Below are positions 9,001 to 17,476 of a stretch of DNA of 64,000 bases, one piece after another (position 1 is the stretch's first letter; each line of letters begins with the position of its first letter). Location: positions 657,851-721,850 of the forward strand of contig CAXXXF010000006.1 of assembly GCA_963667175.2 (NCBI GenBank), given 5' to 3'. Below the pieces are notes generated by a model. The model was not told the DNA's origin and searched no databases. It saw only the letters and a program-made list of their open reading frames with translations. Source of the stretch: Candidatus Latescibacterota bacterium (GTDB lineage Bacteria > Latescibacterota > UBA2968 > GCA-2709665). The position numbers and the translations under genes are program-made.

Positions 9001-9183
9001 CGTTGGCTTGGGGAGCGCGGTGACATCTACATGTGGTCGACCGGTGGCCGTGGCGAACTCCTCAAGCATCTGCTTCAGCGCTGGATAGAAACTCTCCTCC
9101 GTCGCGTCTCCGTGAGCCGCTGCGGAGGAGAGTTCTTTCAGGTACTTTGAAAAGATGGTTTTGGGGGTCATGGGATTGTCCAT
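6058..9183 (-). CDS. Fused restriction endonuclease / N6-adenine methyltransferase with Type ISP-like C-terminal specificity domain (Type IIG-like, no helicase)
   Basis: N-terminal PD..EAK (GNPDF..YIEAKK). GVYYTPEPVV, motif I LLDPAAGT, motif IV GNPPY. YRPFD and IGGYQV..KWLKDRK in the C-terminal domain. Confidence 0.9.
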   Translation of the reverse strand: MDNPMTPKTIFSKYLKELSSAAAHGDATEESFYPALKQMLEEFATATGRPHVDVTALPKPTEGGNPDFRLWNGKGQVIGYIEAKKPTEVDLSRIQETEQLQRYRETFPNLILTNFLEFRLYRRGRQVAEICAGQPFVLNTLGTMPPLEKQSELYDLLDRFMDFTLPADFTADAESLAVELAKRTRHLRDVISEEIRADRDSGDDLTGFYEAFRTYLIGSLTPEAFADLFAQTITYGLFAARIRAGDSFNRAAAFDNIPHTIGVLRDLFRYISLGDMPDQLAWCVDDIAEVLAVADAAGILDEYYRDGKGSDPIVHFYETFLAQYDPEERERRGVYYTPEPVVGYIVRSLHGLLKREFEKGDGLASEGVTLLDPAAGTMTFVARAAQQAVSEFEAKYGAGGTRDFIRTHILKNFYAFELMMAPYTVGHLKMSFLLQELGHRITDDERMAFYLTNTLDWQKLEQTRIPGLSALAEESRLAGDVKRESPILLILGNPPYSGHSSNRGKWIRGLIEDYKQVDGKPLGEKNPKWLQNDYVKFLRFAQWKIEQAGRGIVGMITDHSYLESPTFRGMRRSLMDTFDDIYILDLHGNSLAGETNPKDGRPDGNVFDIRQGVAIAFFVKTGSKEDCDCQVHHAEAYGSREHKYAWLDSHDHGSTTRQEIRPVSPFYLFAPRDETLEDEYRLFTSIAEIFPVKSVGIVTARDRLTIRWSDDEVWHTVRSFSGMEPEQARIAYDLGKDARDWQVRMAQLDLLEGRLTRGNVVPILYRPFDVRYTYYTGQSRGFICRPRQDVMRHMLAGENVALLMPKQHKDEFGVLATTSISAHKSVAAYDINYHFPLYTYLTANDRRSNLKRELVEYLTQAYASCPSPRGIFDYLYAILQTPAYREKYAEFLRMEFPRVPFSADRELFTKLAVLGARLAALHLLKSQELAEPTCRFEGRGESDVANTKAKGFRYESETQRMYINKTQYFGPIPRDVFEYRIGGYQVCDKWLKDRKERRLELEELQTFCRIVTAIGRTIEIQKELDTLYPDVEKDLVSIQPE

Positions 9184-9253
9184 GCGGTTGAAAACGCCTG
9201 TGTATTACCGACGGATATCATGATCAATAACTAACAACGAATGGTTACGATTT

Positions 9254-10009
9254 CTACCTCGGGCATTGAGACAGATCTCGTGCGAAGTAATATTCTGAAC
9301 TGTTGCGTATTGCCTGCGCGTTTATTCTCGCCAATTCAGCATCTTCTATTTTTCTATCCTCGCTCTCGGCGAGCAGACAGATTTGCGGAGCCACCGGTAA
9401 TATTAAGCACTTACGCGAATTATCAGGTACTAAAAACTCGCCCCTTTTGCTCTTCAATATTCCCCAGATTGTGCCGTGCAACTGCTTACGGACTCGCATC
9501 AGATTTCGTTGAATTTGGACGCCCGTAAGGTGCCTCCCACTGATTTTCAAGTCTGGACGAACTGGCGTAATACCTGTCTTCTCCAGCAATTCCTGGTCAT
9601 CCTGCGTCAGTTCAGTTCGCACGCCAATCGCACCTTCTAACCGCTGATCGTCCACCGGTTGTCGACTCCTATGCCATCGGATATTCCACAAGGCGTACAT
9701 ATCGGTTATCTTCGTATGATCAGCTTTATACAGGCTCGATACAGTTCCTTCGACTATGCGGTCAGCTAATTCTTGATAAACATCCTCAACGTCTTTCATA
9801 AATACAGATTCCGCTCTTTGGTCCCAGGATCTCCGAGCACAAAAAAGGGGGTTGTCTGGCTTGGGTCGAAAATTCTTCGCGTTCCCCAAACGCCAAACAT
9901 CGACTGTTCCGTCCGGTTGCCCAAAACGCACAATTGAGCGCGCCGGAAAATAGTGTTGCATGATTGTAAGTTGGTGCGGATTACCTTTTTGTGTTTTCTC
10001 GTATTTCAC
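9254..10009 (-). CDS. DUF4238-like protein
   Basis: N-terminal QHYFPARSIVRF motif. Lower GC. Co-oriented upstream of the RM gene. Confidence 0.55.
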   Translation of the reverse strand: MKYEKTQKGNPHQLTIMQHYFPARSIVRFGQPDGTVDVWRLGNAKNFRPKPDNPLFCARRSWDQRAESVFMKDVEDVYQELADRIVEGTVSSLYKADHTKITDMYALWNIRWHRSRQPVDDQRLEGAIGVRTELTQDDQELLEKTGITPVRPDLKISGRHLTGVQIQRNLMRVRKQLHGTIWGILKSKRGEFLVPDNSRKCLILPVAPQICLLAESEDRKIEDAELARINAQAIRNSSEYYFARDLSQCPR

Positions 10010-10166
10010 GCCATGTCCAGTTTTCTGGGATTCAAAACGCCATTCTCTTTAAACCTCATCATAAACTATAGTCATCCCGCTGTCGATGTCAAGAAAAAGG
10101 CCGGATTCGATGATGAATCCAGCCGTTTACGTATCACGATGTTTGCAAACGGTATGGGGTCGAGAT

Positions 10167-10294
10167 CCCCCCACCGCATCAGCCGTCGCCGGTCCGTCGA
10201 CACTTCGACAAGCTAAGGGACCGGCTCGGCTTCTGCCTGCCTGCCGCGCTCCGCTTGGCGCAGGCAGGCGACTCCCCCTCAAGGGGGGAGTGAT
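10167..10294. repeat. Composite palindromic intergenic repeat with nested inserts
   Basis: Hairpin ACTCCCCCT-CAA-GGGGGGAGT (10271-10291). Inner CCGGTCC..GGACCGG arms (10189-10224) around CTTCGACAAGCT. GCCTGCCTGC palindrome copy 3 at 10235-10269. Confidence 0.75.
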
Positions 10295-10340
10295 ACGTAT
10301 GTGCTGCCCGGTCAGCCTGGACGACTGACAGACCGCCAGA

Positions 10341-10523
10341 TCACCATCCGACGTGAGCAAGAGTTGGTTCGCCATCTTCCAGAAGCATCTCGACCACTTC
10401 CGTCAGGTTTGTATTCAACTCGTCCAAGGTCGCGCCCTGGGAGTGTGCGCCGGCGAAGCCGGGGACGTAACCGACGTATAGCCCGGAGTCCTTACAATGT
10501 TCCACAACAGCCGTATAGCGCAT
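10341..10523 (-). CDS. hicB: HicB-family antitoxin, C-terminally degenerate, no hicA nearby
   Basis: YTAVVE..GLYVGYVPGFAGAHSQGATLDELNTNLTEVVEMLLE. Confidence 0.75.
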   Translation of the reverse strand: MRYTAVVEHCKDSGLYVGYVPGFAGAHSQGATLDELNTNLTEVVEMLLEDGEPTLAHVGW

Positions 10524-10726
10524 ATCGTCCCTCACCTGATGACGGAGACTTACAACCTGAATTATCCGTGAAAACCGGTGGATGTTTCGTATAATCGGTT
10601 GATTTTCAATAACATGAGTGGATAATGTAACGAAAACCTTGATTCGTCCAAAATCGAGTTAGCAGACGTAAGATTGAGGTGTCATGCTGACGTGCAGCAT
10701 TGTGGTATTGCGCCTTGTGTGACAAC

Positions 10727-10844
10727 TAATTTCAGCTACGGATTTTTCGTTTTTTTCGCGTGTTTCGTAGTTTCTGATGTTCGTGTTCTCGTGCCTTTGT
10801 CGCGCTTTTTGGTTTTCATCCTGTCCATCCTGTCCATCCATGTT
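10727..10844 (+). repeat. Cluster of 3x9-bp pyrimidine-rich direct-repeat motifs
   Basis: TTTCGTTTT-TTTCGCGTG-TTTCGTAGT (10745-10771) and ATCCTGTCC-ATCCTGTCC-ATCCATGTT (10818-10844). 10727-10773 recurs at 34592-34639. Confidence 0.75.
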
Positions 10845-10961
10845 TGTTCCGTTTGCATGAATTAATGGGCTTGACAAGACGTGACGCTTTGGTGTTCTTT
10901 TGGTGTAACGTTCCCAGGAAAGTGCCAGGAGCAAACTCAATAACAAACCGGTAAGTACACT

Positions 10962-11273
10962 ATGGAAACCGGAATCCTCAGTCTGGTAATATCCAGTTTG
11001 GGAACCATCGTGGCCGTTGTTGGCATCGGATGGCTCGGTCTGGATAGAATGGAACAAAGAATAAAGGCCGATGCCCAAAAAGCCCACGATCTTATAGGCG
11101 AAAACATAAGAGGCGTGCGAACAGATATAGACACGCTACGATCAGATATAGACACGCTACGATCTGAAGTAAGCGGTATGCGCTCTGAAATGACGGGTCT
11201 AACGGGTCGAGTAGGACACATCGAAGGCATGCTCGAAGTCATGCGGGGTGCCGAAAAACCCACTAAACGCTAA
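10962..11273 (+). CDS. Small N-terminally anchored coiled-coil protein
   Basis: TM segment followed by heptads. Perfect 21-bp tandem duplication at 11122-11163 (DIDTLRS x2). Confidence 0.75.
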   Translation: METGILSLVISSLGTIVAVVGIGWLGLDRMEQRIKADAQKAHDLIGENIRGVRTDIDTLRSDIDTLRSEVSGMRSEMTGLTGRVGHIEGMLEVMRGAEKPTKR

Positions 11274-11377
11274 TCTCCAGCCGCCGCGCCGTAAATTTCC
11301 GCAAGTTTGACGTTCACCCTTGACAGGATAGGCAGACCCACGTCATCTTTCATCAGGCGCCACCGGAGGAGTACGCC

Positions 11378-11614
11378 ATGATGGGCAAAATCCTTAACGC
11401 AGATAACGTCCGTTTTTTTGTCCTTATTCTGGTACTGTGGAGTACCATGTGGAGATTTGACGGCAAGATAGACGCACGTTTTGAGAAAATGGGAAAAAGA
11501 ATCGAAGCACGCTTTGAGAAAATCGAAACTCGCCTGGACAGGATCGACGCCCGCCTGAATTCCTTCGGTGAACGTATTGCCAGGAACGAAGCACGCCTGG
11601 ACGCCTCCGAGTAA
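11378..11614 (+). CDS. Small N-terminally anchored coiled-coil protein
   Basis: GGAG RBS. TM FFVLILVLW. 33-bp-period repeat IDARFEKMGKR/IEARFEKIETR. Confidence 0.75.
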   Translation: MMGKILNADNVRFFVLILVLWSTMWRFDGKIDARFEKMGKRIEARFEKIETRLDRIDARLNSFGERIARNEARLDASE

Positions 11615-11751
11615 ACTCCCGCCTGCGCCTGCTCCCTCAATCCACGCCACGAAATCCCTGCTGCTTTCGTCGCTTCGGAACTACGGTCTTCAACTCCATG
11701 TCCCTGACCACCGCCCGCGCCAACGCCTCCGGCGAGGGAAAGATTCTCCGT

Positions 11752-14304
11752 TCACCCCCCCGCGGCCATCCCGAAGACCGCGGCGAAGAGAATGAAATCC
11801 GCGAAGCTGATCCGTTCATCGCCGTTCAGGTCCAGATTCGCGTCGAAATTCGGATCGCTGGAACTCGCGCCGAAACCGCTGGCGAACAGCACGAAGTCGC
11901 CGAAGCCGACGTACCCGTCGCGGTCGAAGTCGGCGCGTCGCGGGTCGGTCACGGGCGCATCTACGTAAACCGGACGCCCTCGCACGGCGATCCCCCGGGG
12001 CCCGTCTTCCAGCGTGAGTGTTTTCCGGACGAATCCCGATGCCGCGTCGATAAACAGCAGTTCGTTCGAATCCTGGTTGGCCGCGTAAACGGTTTTTCCA
12101 TCGGCCGAAACGGCCACGTCGCGCGTTTCCCGCCCGCGCGCCGCCCACTTCAGAATCACGCGATTCAGTTCCGTATTGATCACCAGTACCCTGGCGTTGG
12201 TCCGGTCCGTGGCGTACAGACGCTTCCCGTCGGGCGAAAGCGCCAGGCGGAAGACGCTCGCGGACGGCTGGTCGATTTCACTGATCACCTCGTATGATTC
12301 GGTGTCGATGACCGAAACGCCGGCCCCGTTCCCGCTGCGTCCGAACCGGGATACGTAGAGCCGGTCTCCCGAATGGGAGAGCAGCAGGGACCGCGGCGAG
12401 TCCGGCACGTCGATCCGCTGGACGACCTGACCGCTTTCGATATCCACCACCATCACCTGGTTCCCGTCGATATCCGCCGCGTACAGCCACTTCTCGTCCG
12501 GCCCCACGGCGATGCCGAACGGTCCTCGTGTATTTTCCCCTTCGCCGGCGACAGGCGTGGAGATGCGTCGACTCTCTCTAAGGCTGCCCACCTCCACAAC
12601 GGATACGGTCTGCTCCGCGGCGTTGCTCACGTACACACGCGACCCGTTTCGAGACATCGCCAGGTCCAGCGGTTCGCGCCCCACCCGGGTCACCAGGACC
12701 TCGTGCGTGGACGTGTCGATCGCCATCAGCTTGTTTTCCGTGCCATCGGTGTCGGCGCCGTTGTTGGCAACGTACACAAATCGCTCGTCGGGTGTCAGCA
12801 GAACGCTCAATGGATCGCCGCCCAGCGGTATCCGGGCCACCTCGCGGTCCAGGCCCGTATCAAACACGGCCAACTGCCGGGAGCGGCGCAGCGCCACGTA
12901 CACCATCGGCTCTCCGGAAAGCGAGAGCACTTCGAACCGGAGTTCCGGCAGTTCCTCAGCCGGATAGATCGTCTCATTGCCCTCGCTGTCCTGCGCCCTG
13001 AACCGGTAGCTAAACACCGTACCCCGTTCTCTGCCTGGAAACTCGACGGAATAAAACCGCCCGTGTTCACGCTGCAACACCAGCGTCCGGACGGGTCCGC
13101 CGTCGGTCCGGTAGTCCACCTCCACTAAGGAAATCGGATCCTCATCCAGAATGCGCACGTGTAGCCGGTAGGGACCGTCGGGACTCGGCGTGTTGTTCGG
13201 AAGAACGGTCGTTTGGATATCCGGAAAACCCGGAAGAGCCGTTCCCAGGGTAAAGTCGACCTCCGACACGCTCCTGCCTGGGGCGACGCGAACCGCGTCG
13301 GCGACGTCCCGAATCGCGCGGTTGTCGTAATACTCCTCCGGGAAGCCGGATTCGAACTCCCTGTAGATGCCGCTGAAATTCCGCGTGGTGACCGATCCGC
13401 CCACCGGCTCGATGCCCACGTGGTACTCACCCGGCGGCAGGCCCTTGATTTCATACTCACCGTCTCCACCGATCCCCCGGACTTCTCCTGCCGTACCGGA
13501 AAGGACGCCCGCGGCGAACTCACCCGTATCGGCGCGGTACGCCACAACGTGCACGCCGAATGCCCCCGCGCCGTCCCGGTGTGTCACCCGGCCCGAAATC
13601 GAGCCCGTGGAAATTCTCGCCTCGGTCGATGGATAAAGCGCCGCAATCCCGGCCCGGTCGTCCGTCGTCAGGGTGCGCTCCTCTCCGAAGTAGAAGGGAT
13701 ACATCGACGGACGAACGGACCGGTCTCCAGCCAGCGGCGAATGTGCGAGCCCCAGCAGGTGGCCGATCTCGTGGACCAGCACGTCCTGCATATCCACCAG
13801 ACCGCTCTCCTGGCCGGGATTCCCCACTGAATAGGAATAGTCACGCCCATTGAAGACGATATCCACGTCCGTAATGTGTCCCTGGACGTCCCAATTCATT
13901 CGTGCGAACGCGATCACTCCGCCGCCGCGGTCCGGGAAATTCCGGGCGCTCCGGTCGAAGGTAATCACGTTCTTTCCATCTGTTGTCGACACGTCCAGAT
14001 CGGCGACGCCGCGGCTCCTGAACGCAACGACTGAAATGGGAACCTCCTCCCAGGCGACGAAACTGTCCCGCACCAGGCGTTTCACGTGGTCGTCGAAAAA
14101 AGGAAACTGGTCGATCTCCAGCCAGAATTCGATCGCCCGCGCTTTACCGGCCGGCCAGCGCACCGTAACAATCTGGCGCTGGCTGTTCCGGTGCATCTGA
14201 AACACGTAGGAAGAAACGGGCGCCGCCAGGAAGCACCCCGCCAGCGCGGACGCGACAAGCCAGAGGACAAATCGTCGCGTTCTGGTCCCGAAATTACGGT
14301 TCAC
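11752..14304 (-). CDS. Secreted matrixin (M10-like) metalloprotease with YVTN beta-propeller and EF-hand/dockerin-like tail
   Basis: Signal peptide. HEIGHLLGLAH plus Met-turn SMYP. YVAN/YVSN propeller repeats. DFDRDGYVGFGDFVLFA and DLNGDERISFADF. Confidence 0.85.
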   Translation of the reverse strand: MNRNFGTRTRRFVLWLVASALAGCFLAAPVSSYVFQMHRNSQRQIVTVRWPAGKARAIEFWLEIDQFPFFDDHVKRLVRDSFVAWEEVPISVVAFRSRGVADLDVSTTDGKNVITFDRSARNFPDRGGGVIAFARMNWDVQGHITDVDIVFNGRDYSYSVGNPGQESGLVDMQDVLVHEIGHLLGLAHSPLAGDRSVRPSMYPFYFGEERTLTTDDRAGIAALYPSTEARISTGSISGRVTHRDGAGAFGVHVVAYRADTGEFAAGVLSGTAGEVRGIGGDGEYEIKGLPPGEYHVGIEPVGGSVTTRNFSGIYREFESGFPEEYYDNRAIRDVADAVRVAPGRSVSEVDFTLGTALPGFPDIQTTVLPNNTPSPDGPYRLHVRILDEDPISLVEVDYRTDGGPVRTLVLQREHGRFYSVEFPGRERGTVFSYRFRAQDSEGNETIYPAEELPELRFEVLSLSGEPMVYVALRRSRQLAVFDTGLDREVARIPLGGDPLSVLLTPDERFVYVANNGADTDGTENKLMAIDTSTHEVLVTRVGREPLDLAMSRNGSRVYVSNAAEQTVSVVEVGSLRESRRISTPVAGEGENTRGPFGIAVGPDEKWLYAADIDGNQVMVVDIESGQVVQRIDVPDSPRSLLLSHSGDRLYVSRFGRSGNGAGVSVIDTESYEVISEIDQPSASVFRLALSPDGKRLYATDRTNARVLVINTELNRVILKWAARGRETRDVAVSADGKTVYAANQDSNELLFIDAASGFVRKTLTLEDGPRGIAVRGRPVYVDAPVTDPRRADFDRDGYVGFGDFVLFASGFGASSSDPNFDANLDLNGDERISFADFILFAAVFGMAAGG

Positions 14305-14307
14305 GAC

Positions 14308-14700
14308 TCAGTCCGATTGAATTAGCACGGGATCGGGCGATTCATGGTCCACGTACCATACCTCATGCCGGCCGTCCCCGTTAAGGTCCGCCCGCGCTTC
14401 CGCAACGAACGTGGATCCTTCCACCGTCACCTGGTAACGGAATCTGCCCGGCGCCTCGTTCAATTTAAGGATCTTTCCGTTTTTTTCACTGTCAATAGGC
14501 AGATAAGTTCCGAATTCCTTCAAGTGAGCGCTTTCCAGACGATAGATCAACTCAAGGTGCATCCGGGCGCGCGTGCGTTCGCTGTCCTCAGGAGACTGAG
14601 CCGTGAGGCGGTAGATCATCAGGCCGCAGAACAGGATAAGCAGCATGACCGGTACGAGATGCTTCCCTACGGAGAGACCGCGTTCCGCTGTCTCAGCCAC
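14308..14700 (-). CDS. Pilin-like small membrane protein
   Basis: N-terminal TM, then ARMHLELIYRLESAHLKEFGTY..FVAEARADLNGDG..W, resembling a type IV pilin head. No prepilin cleavage motif. Confidence 0.55.
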   Translation of the reverse strand: MAETAERGLSVGKHLVPVMLLILFCGLMIYRLTAQSPEDSERTRARMHLELIYRLESAHLKEFGTYLPIDSEKNGKILKLNEAPGRFRYQVTVEGSTFVAEARADLNGDGRHEVWYVDHESPDPVLIQSD

Positions 14701-14702
14701 GG

Positions 14703-16451
14703 CTAATTCTCCCTGGCGAGTCCTGTTTCCATCCGGATTTGAACGTTCAGACGCGCCTCGGCGGCCGTCTCCCACCGGGGGACGACCTCAATCGTATCCT
14801 GAAGCGCGTCCATGGGTTCGGCCGGGACGAAGGGTCTGGCCACGCCACGGCTCCACGTACGGTTGCCGTCGACGTCTCCGAAGGCCAACACCCGGTAACG
14901 CCCGGGCCGGAGCGCGTCGATATGGTAGGAAGAATCGCCGGGCGCAACCACGACCGCCCGCGTCCGTTCAGGCCCTGAAAGGGATTGCGCTCGCACCACG
15001 ATCCGCGTTTCAGAGGGTACAACGGCGCCACTTACGGCGCCCTGATCCTCCGGCGACGCAATCGTAAACCGAAACCCAATCTCGCCTTCCGCGGGGTTTC
15101 CGGAGACGTCCGTTAGCCTGGGGGCCTGCCCGCGAAGAACGTAGGTCTTCCCCGCGACCCAGGCATCGGCCGGCCGAAACGCAAAACGGTTGGGCCGCGG
15201 CCACGAAACCCTTCCTTCAGGGGCGTCCGTACTGTCGGACCGCACCCAGAACTCAGGGTTCGCAACGGGCGCCATCGCCTCGCTGAAATCGATATGCAAC
15301 ACGGCGTCTTGCGAGATATCCCGCGCACCAACTTCAGGATGGACGCGAACCGGATCGGGGGCGCGCCGGTCGGGCTGTCCCTCGCCGCGCACCGTCGCCG
15401 CTTCGCCGGGCGGGATCCGATTCCCGAAACGGTCGGCAATCCCGCCCAAGTCCACGCGGTATTCCATTCCGGCAGCCTGTGGCGCGGTAACCAGCCATAC
15501 CCTGCTGGAATCCCTCGCGTCCGGATAGAGCCCTTCCACCTCCAGACGCCCGTCGCCGCCGGAAATTCCGGGCGGCAAGGCCAGATGCACGGGTTCATCG
15601 AACCGGAGGGCGAGCCGTCTCCGATCGGGCGTCCGCGCCGAAACAAAACGGGGCGGTACGCTGTCGCGCACCGCCATCTTCAGCAGACCCAATCGCACCC
15701 GGCGATCCCCCGATCCGAGGGTGACGTCGCCCGGGGGCACCGCGAGCGATTCGCCCGAGGTATACGCCTGGTCGCGGTCGCCGTCGCGGAATGCGAATAC
15801 GCGGTACCGCCCCGCCCCCAATCGGACAAGCCGATAGGTTCCGTCCGCGCCGGGCTGTGTCACGTAAGCAGGAGGGTCGGCTACCGGATCGGGGTCGTCG
15901 TCTCCGGTCAGATCATACGCCCATACGAAGACGTGCCCACGTTGTCCGCCGAACAGGAGGACGCGTCCATCGATCTCACCGCCATCCAGCCGTTCACCGG
16001 TGGAGAACGCGAAGCTGTAGGACGCTTCCATGCGGTTGTACGACTCGTCTGAACTGCCGGCCCCCACGGACACCACGTAGGTCCGTTCCTCGCGGAGTCC
16101 TTCGTTCGGACGGATTTCAAGCTCCCGACCGCGCCATTTGAATTCCGGATCGGCCGAAAAGCGCGGAGAGATGAAAATCGCACGCGTCACCGATCGACGG
16201 TCCATGTGTTCGCTGAACCGGATGCGGATGCGGGTCTCCGTGCCCACGCCCACGGAATCGGCGGCCGGCATCGTGCGGACAACCCGCGGCGGGATGACGT
16301 CCTTTGGCCCGCCGGGAGGCGGCAAGGGGCTGGCGCACGCTCCCGCGAAGATCGGGGCGAGCCCGATCAGAACGCGCGTCGCCCTTTCCAGGATGGAAGA
16401 AGGAACCCGTACCCCGTCGGGCAATCGGCCGCCTCGCGTGTCCGGTCTCAC
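14703..16451 (-). CDS. Ig-like (Big_5) domain lipoprotein
   Basis: Lipobox FAGAC, then CASPLPPPGGPKD..PP and repeated I.I.FSE.M Ig-like motifs. Confidence 0.8.
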   Translation of the reverse strand: MRPDTRGGRLPDGVRVPSSILERATRVLIGLAPIFAGACASPLPPPGGPKDVIPPRVVRTMPAADSVGVGTETRIRIRFSEHMDRRSVTRAIFISPRFSADPEFKWRGRELEIRPNEGLREERTYVVSVGAGSSDESYNRMEASYSFAFSTGERLDGGEIDGRVLLFGGQRGHVFVWAYDLTGDDDPDPVADPPAYVTQPGADGTYRLVRLGAGRYRVFAFRDGDRDQAYTSGESLAVPPGDVTLGSGDRRVRLGLLKMAVRDSVPPRFVSARTPDRRRLALRFDEPVHLALPPGISGGDGRLEVEGLYPDARDSSRVWLVTAPQAAGMEYRVDLGGIADRFGNRIPPGEAATVRGEGQPDRRAPDPVRVHPEVGARDISQDAVLHIDFSEAMAPVANPEFWVRSDSTDAPEGRVSWPRPNRFAFRPADAWVAGKTYVLRGQAPRLTDVSGNPAEGEIGFRFTIASPEDQGAVSGAVVPSETRIVVRAQSLSGPERTRAVVVAPGDSSYHIDALRPGRYRVLAFGDVDGNRTWSRGVARPFVPAEPMDALQDTIEVVPRWETAAEARLNVQIRMETGLAREN

Positions 16452-16455
16452 GTCG

Positions 16456-17361
16456 CTATGCTCTCGGATGCGCCTGCCGATAGGCCTTCTTCAACCGTTC
16501 CACGCTCACGTGGGTATAAACCTGCGTCGTGGACAGGCTTGCGTGTCCAAGCATCTCCTTCACCGCATTCAGATCGGCGCCCCTGTCCAGAAGATGGGTG
16601 GCAAACGTATGCCGCAGGGTATGCGGCCCCAGACGGCCCCTGCCCGTCGCGTTTTCGAGATGCCCCACGACCCGGTCCTGAACCCCGCTGGCGCTCAACG
16701 CCCTGCCGGTACGGGTGAGAAAAAAATGCCGCCGGTCAGCCTCTCGCGCATCGGCTGGCAGCAGTTCGGACCGGCGGGCGAGGTACCTGCGCAGGGCTTC
16801 CCGGGCCGGCGCTCCCACGGGCACGAGTCGCTCCCTGCCGCCCTTTCCGGTCACACGCACGGTCCCGCTGTCCAGATCCAGACTATCCAACCTGATCTCC
16901 GCCAGTTCACGCAGCCGGATGCCGGAACTGTAAAACAACTCCAGAATCGCCCGGTCCCGCAGACCCAATGTGGTATCCGGCGACGGATTCTCCAGCACCC
17001 GATGCACTTCCGAATGATCCAGATGGACCGGCAGGGTCTTCTCCTGCCGGGGCGGGCGAACCTGCAGCGCCGGGTTCTTTTTCAGATGGTCCAGGCGGCA
17101 GAGCCAGGCAAAAAACGTGCGCAAGGACGCCAGTTTCCGTGCGATTGAACGTCTGCCGAATCCGGCGCCGTTCAGATGACCCAGGAACGCCCGAATGTCC
17201 TCACGCGCGACCGGTCTGACGTCCGGTTGTTCAACGCCCCGGCGGATCTGCATGAAAGAAACGAACCGTTCGAGGTCCGTCCGGTAGGCCCTGCAGGTGT
17301 GCGGCGACAATCGACGCTCGTTGGCGAGATGACGGAGAAATCCGGCGATCAGTTGCTGCAC
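16456..17361 (-). CDS. xerC: Tyrosine recombinase XerC
   Basis: RDRAILELFYSSGIR, GKGGRER, HTLRHTFATHLL, LGHASLSTTQVYTH. Downstream of topA. Confidence 0.9.
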   Translation of the reverse strand: MQQLIAGFLRHLANERRLSPHTCRAYRTDLERFVSFMQIRRGVEQPDVRPVAREDIRAFLGHLNGAGFGRRSIARKLASLRTFFAWLCRLDHLKKNPALQVRPPRQEKTLPVHLDHSEVHRVLENPSPDTTLGLRDRAILELFYSSGIRLRELAEIRLDSLDLDSGTVRVTGKGGRERLVPVGAPAREALRRYLARRSELLPADAREADRRHFFLTRTGRALSASGVQDRVVGHLENATGRGRLGPHTLRHTFATHLLDRGADLNAVKEMLGHASLSTTQVYTHVSVERLKKAYRQAHPRA

Positions 17362-17476
17362 GTTATGACACCTTCCGCGGGGACTTCCGCGTTTCCGTTG
17401 AAACTTCCTGGTTCGGTCGGACGTCCGGGGCGTTCATCGGCCGCCGTCGGTGATTCGTGACGAAGCGGCGGCGCGG

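Noticed and set aside
10659-11087. 142-aa minus-strand ORF
   Set aside because: Overlaps a better-supported plus-strand gene and merely translates the 9-bp repeats.
16456-17361. Tyrosine recombinase as an island integrase
   Set aside because: Typical XerC length and motifs in the housekeeping topA-xerC context, with no att sites or cargo.
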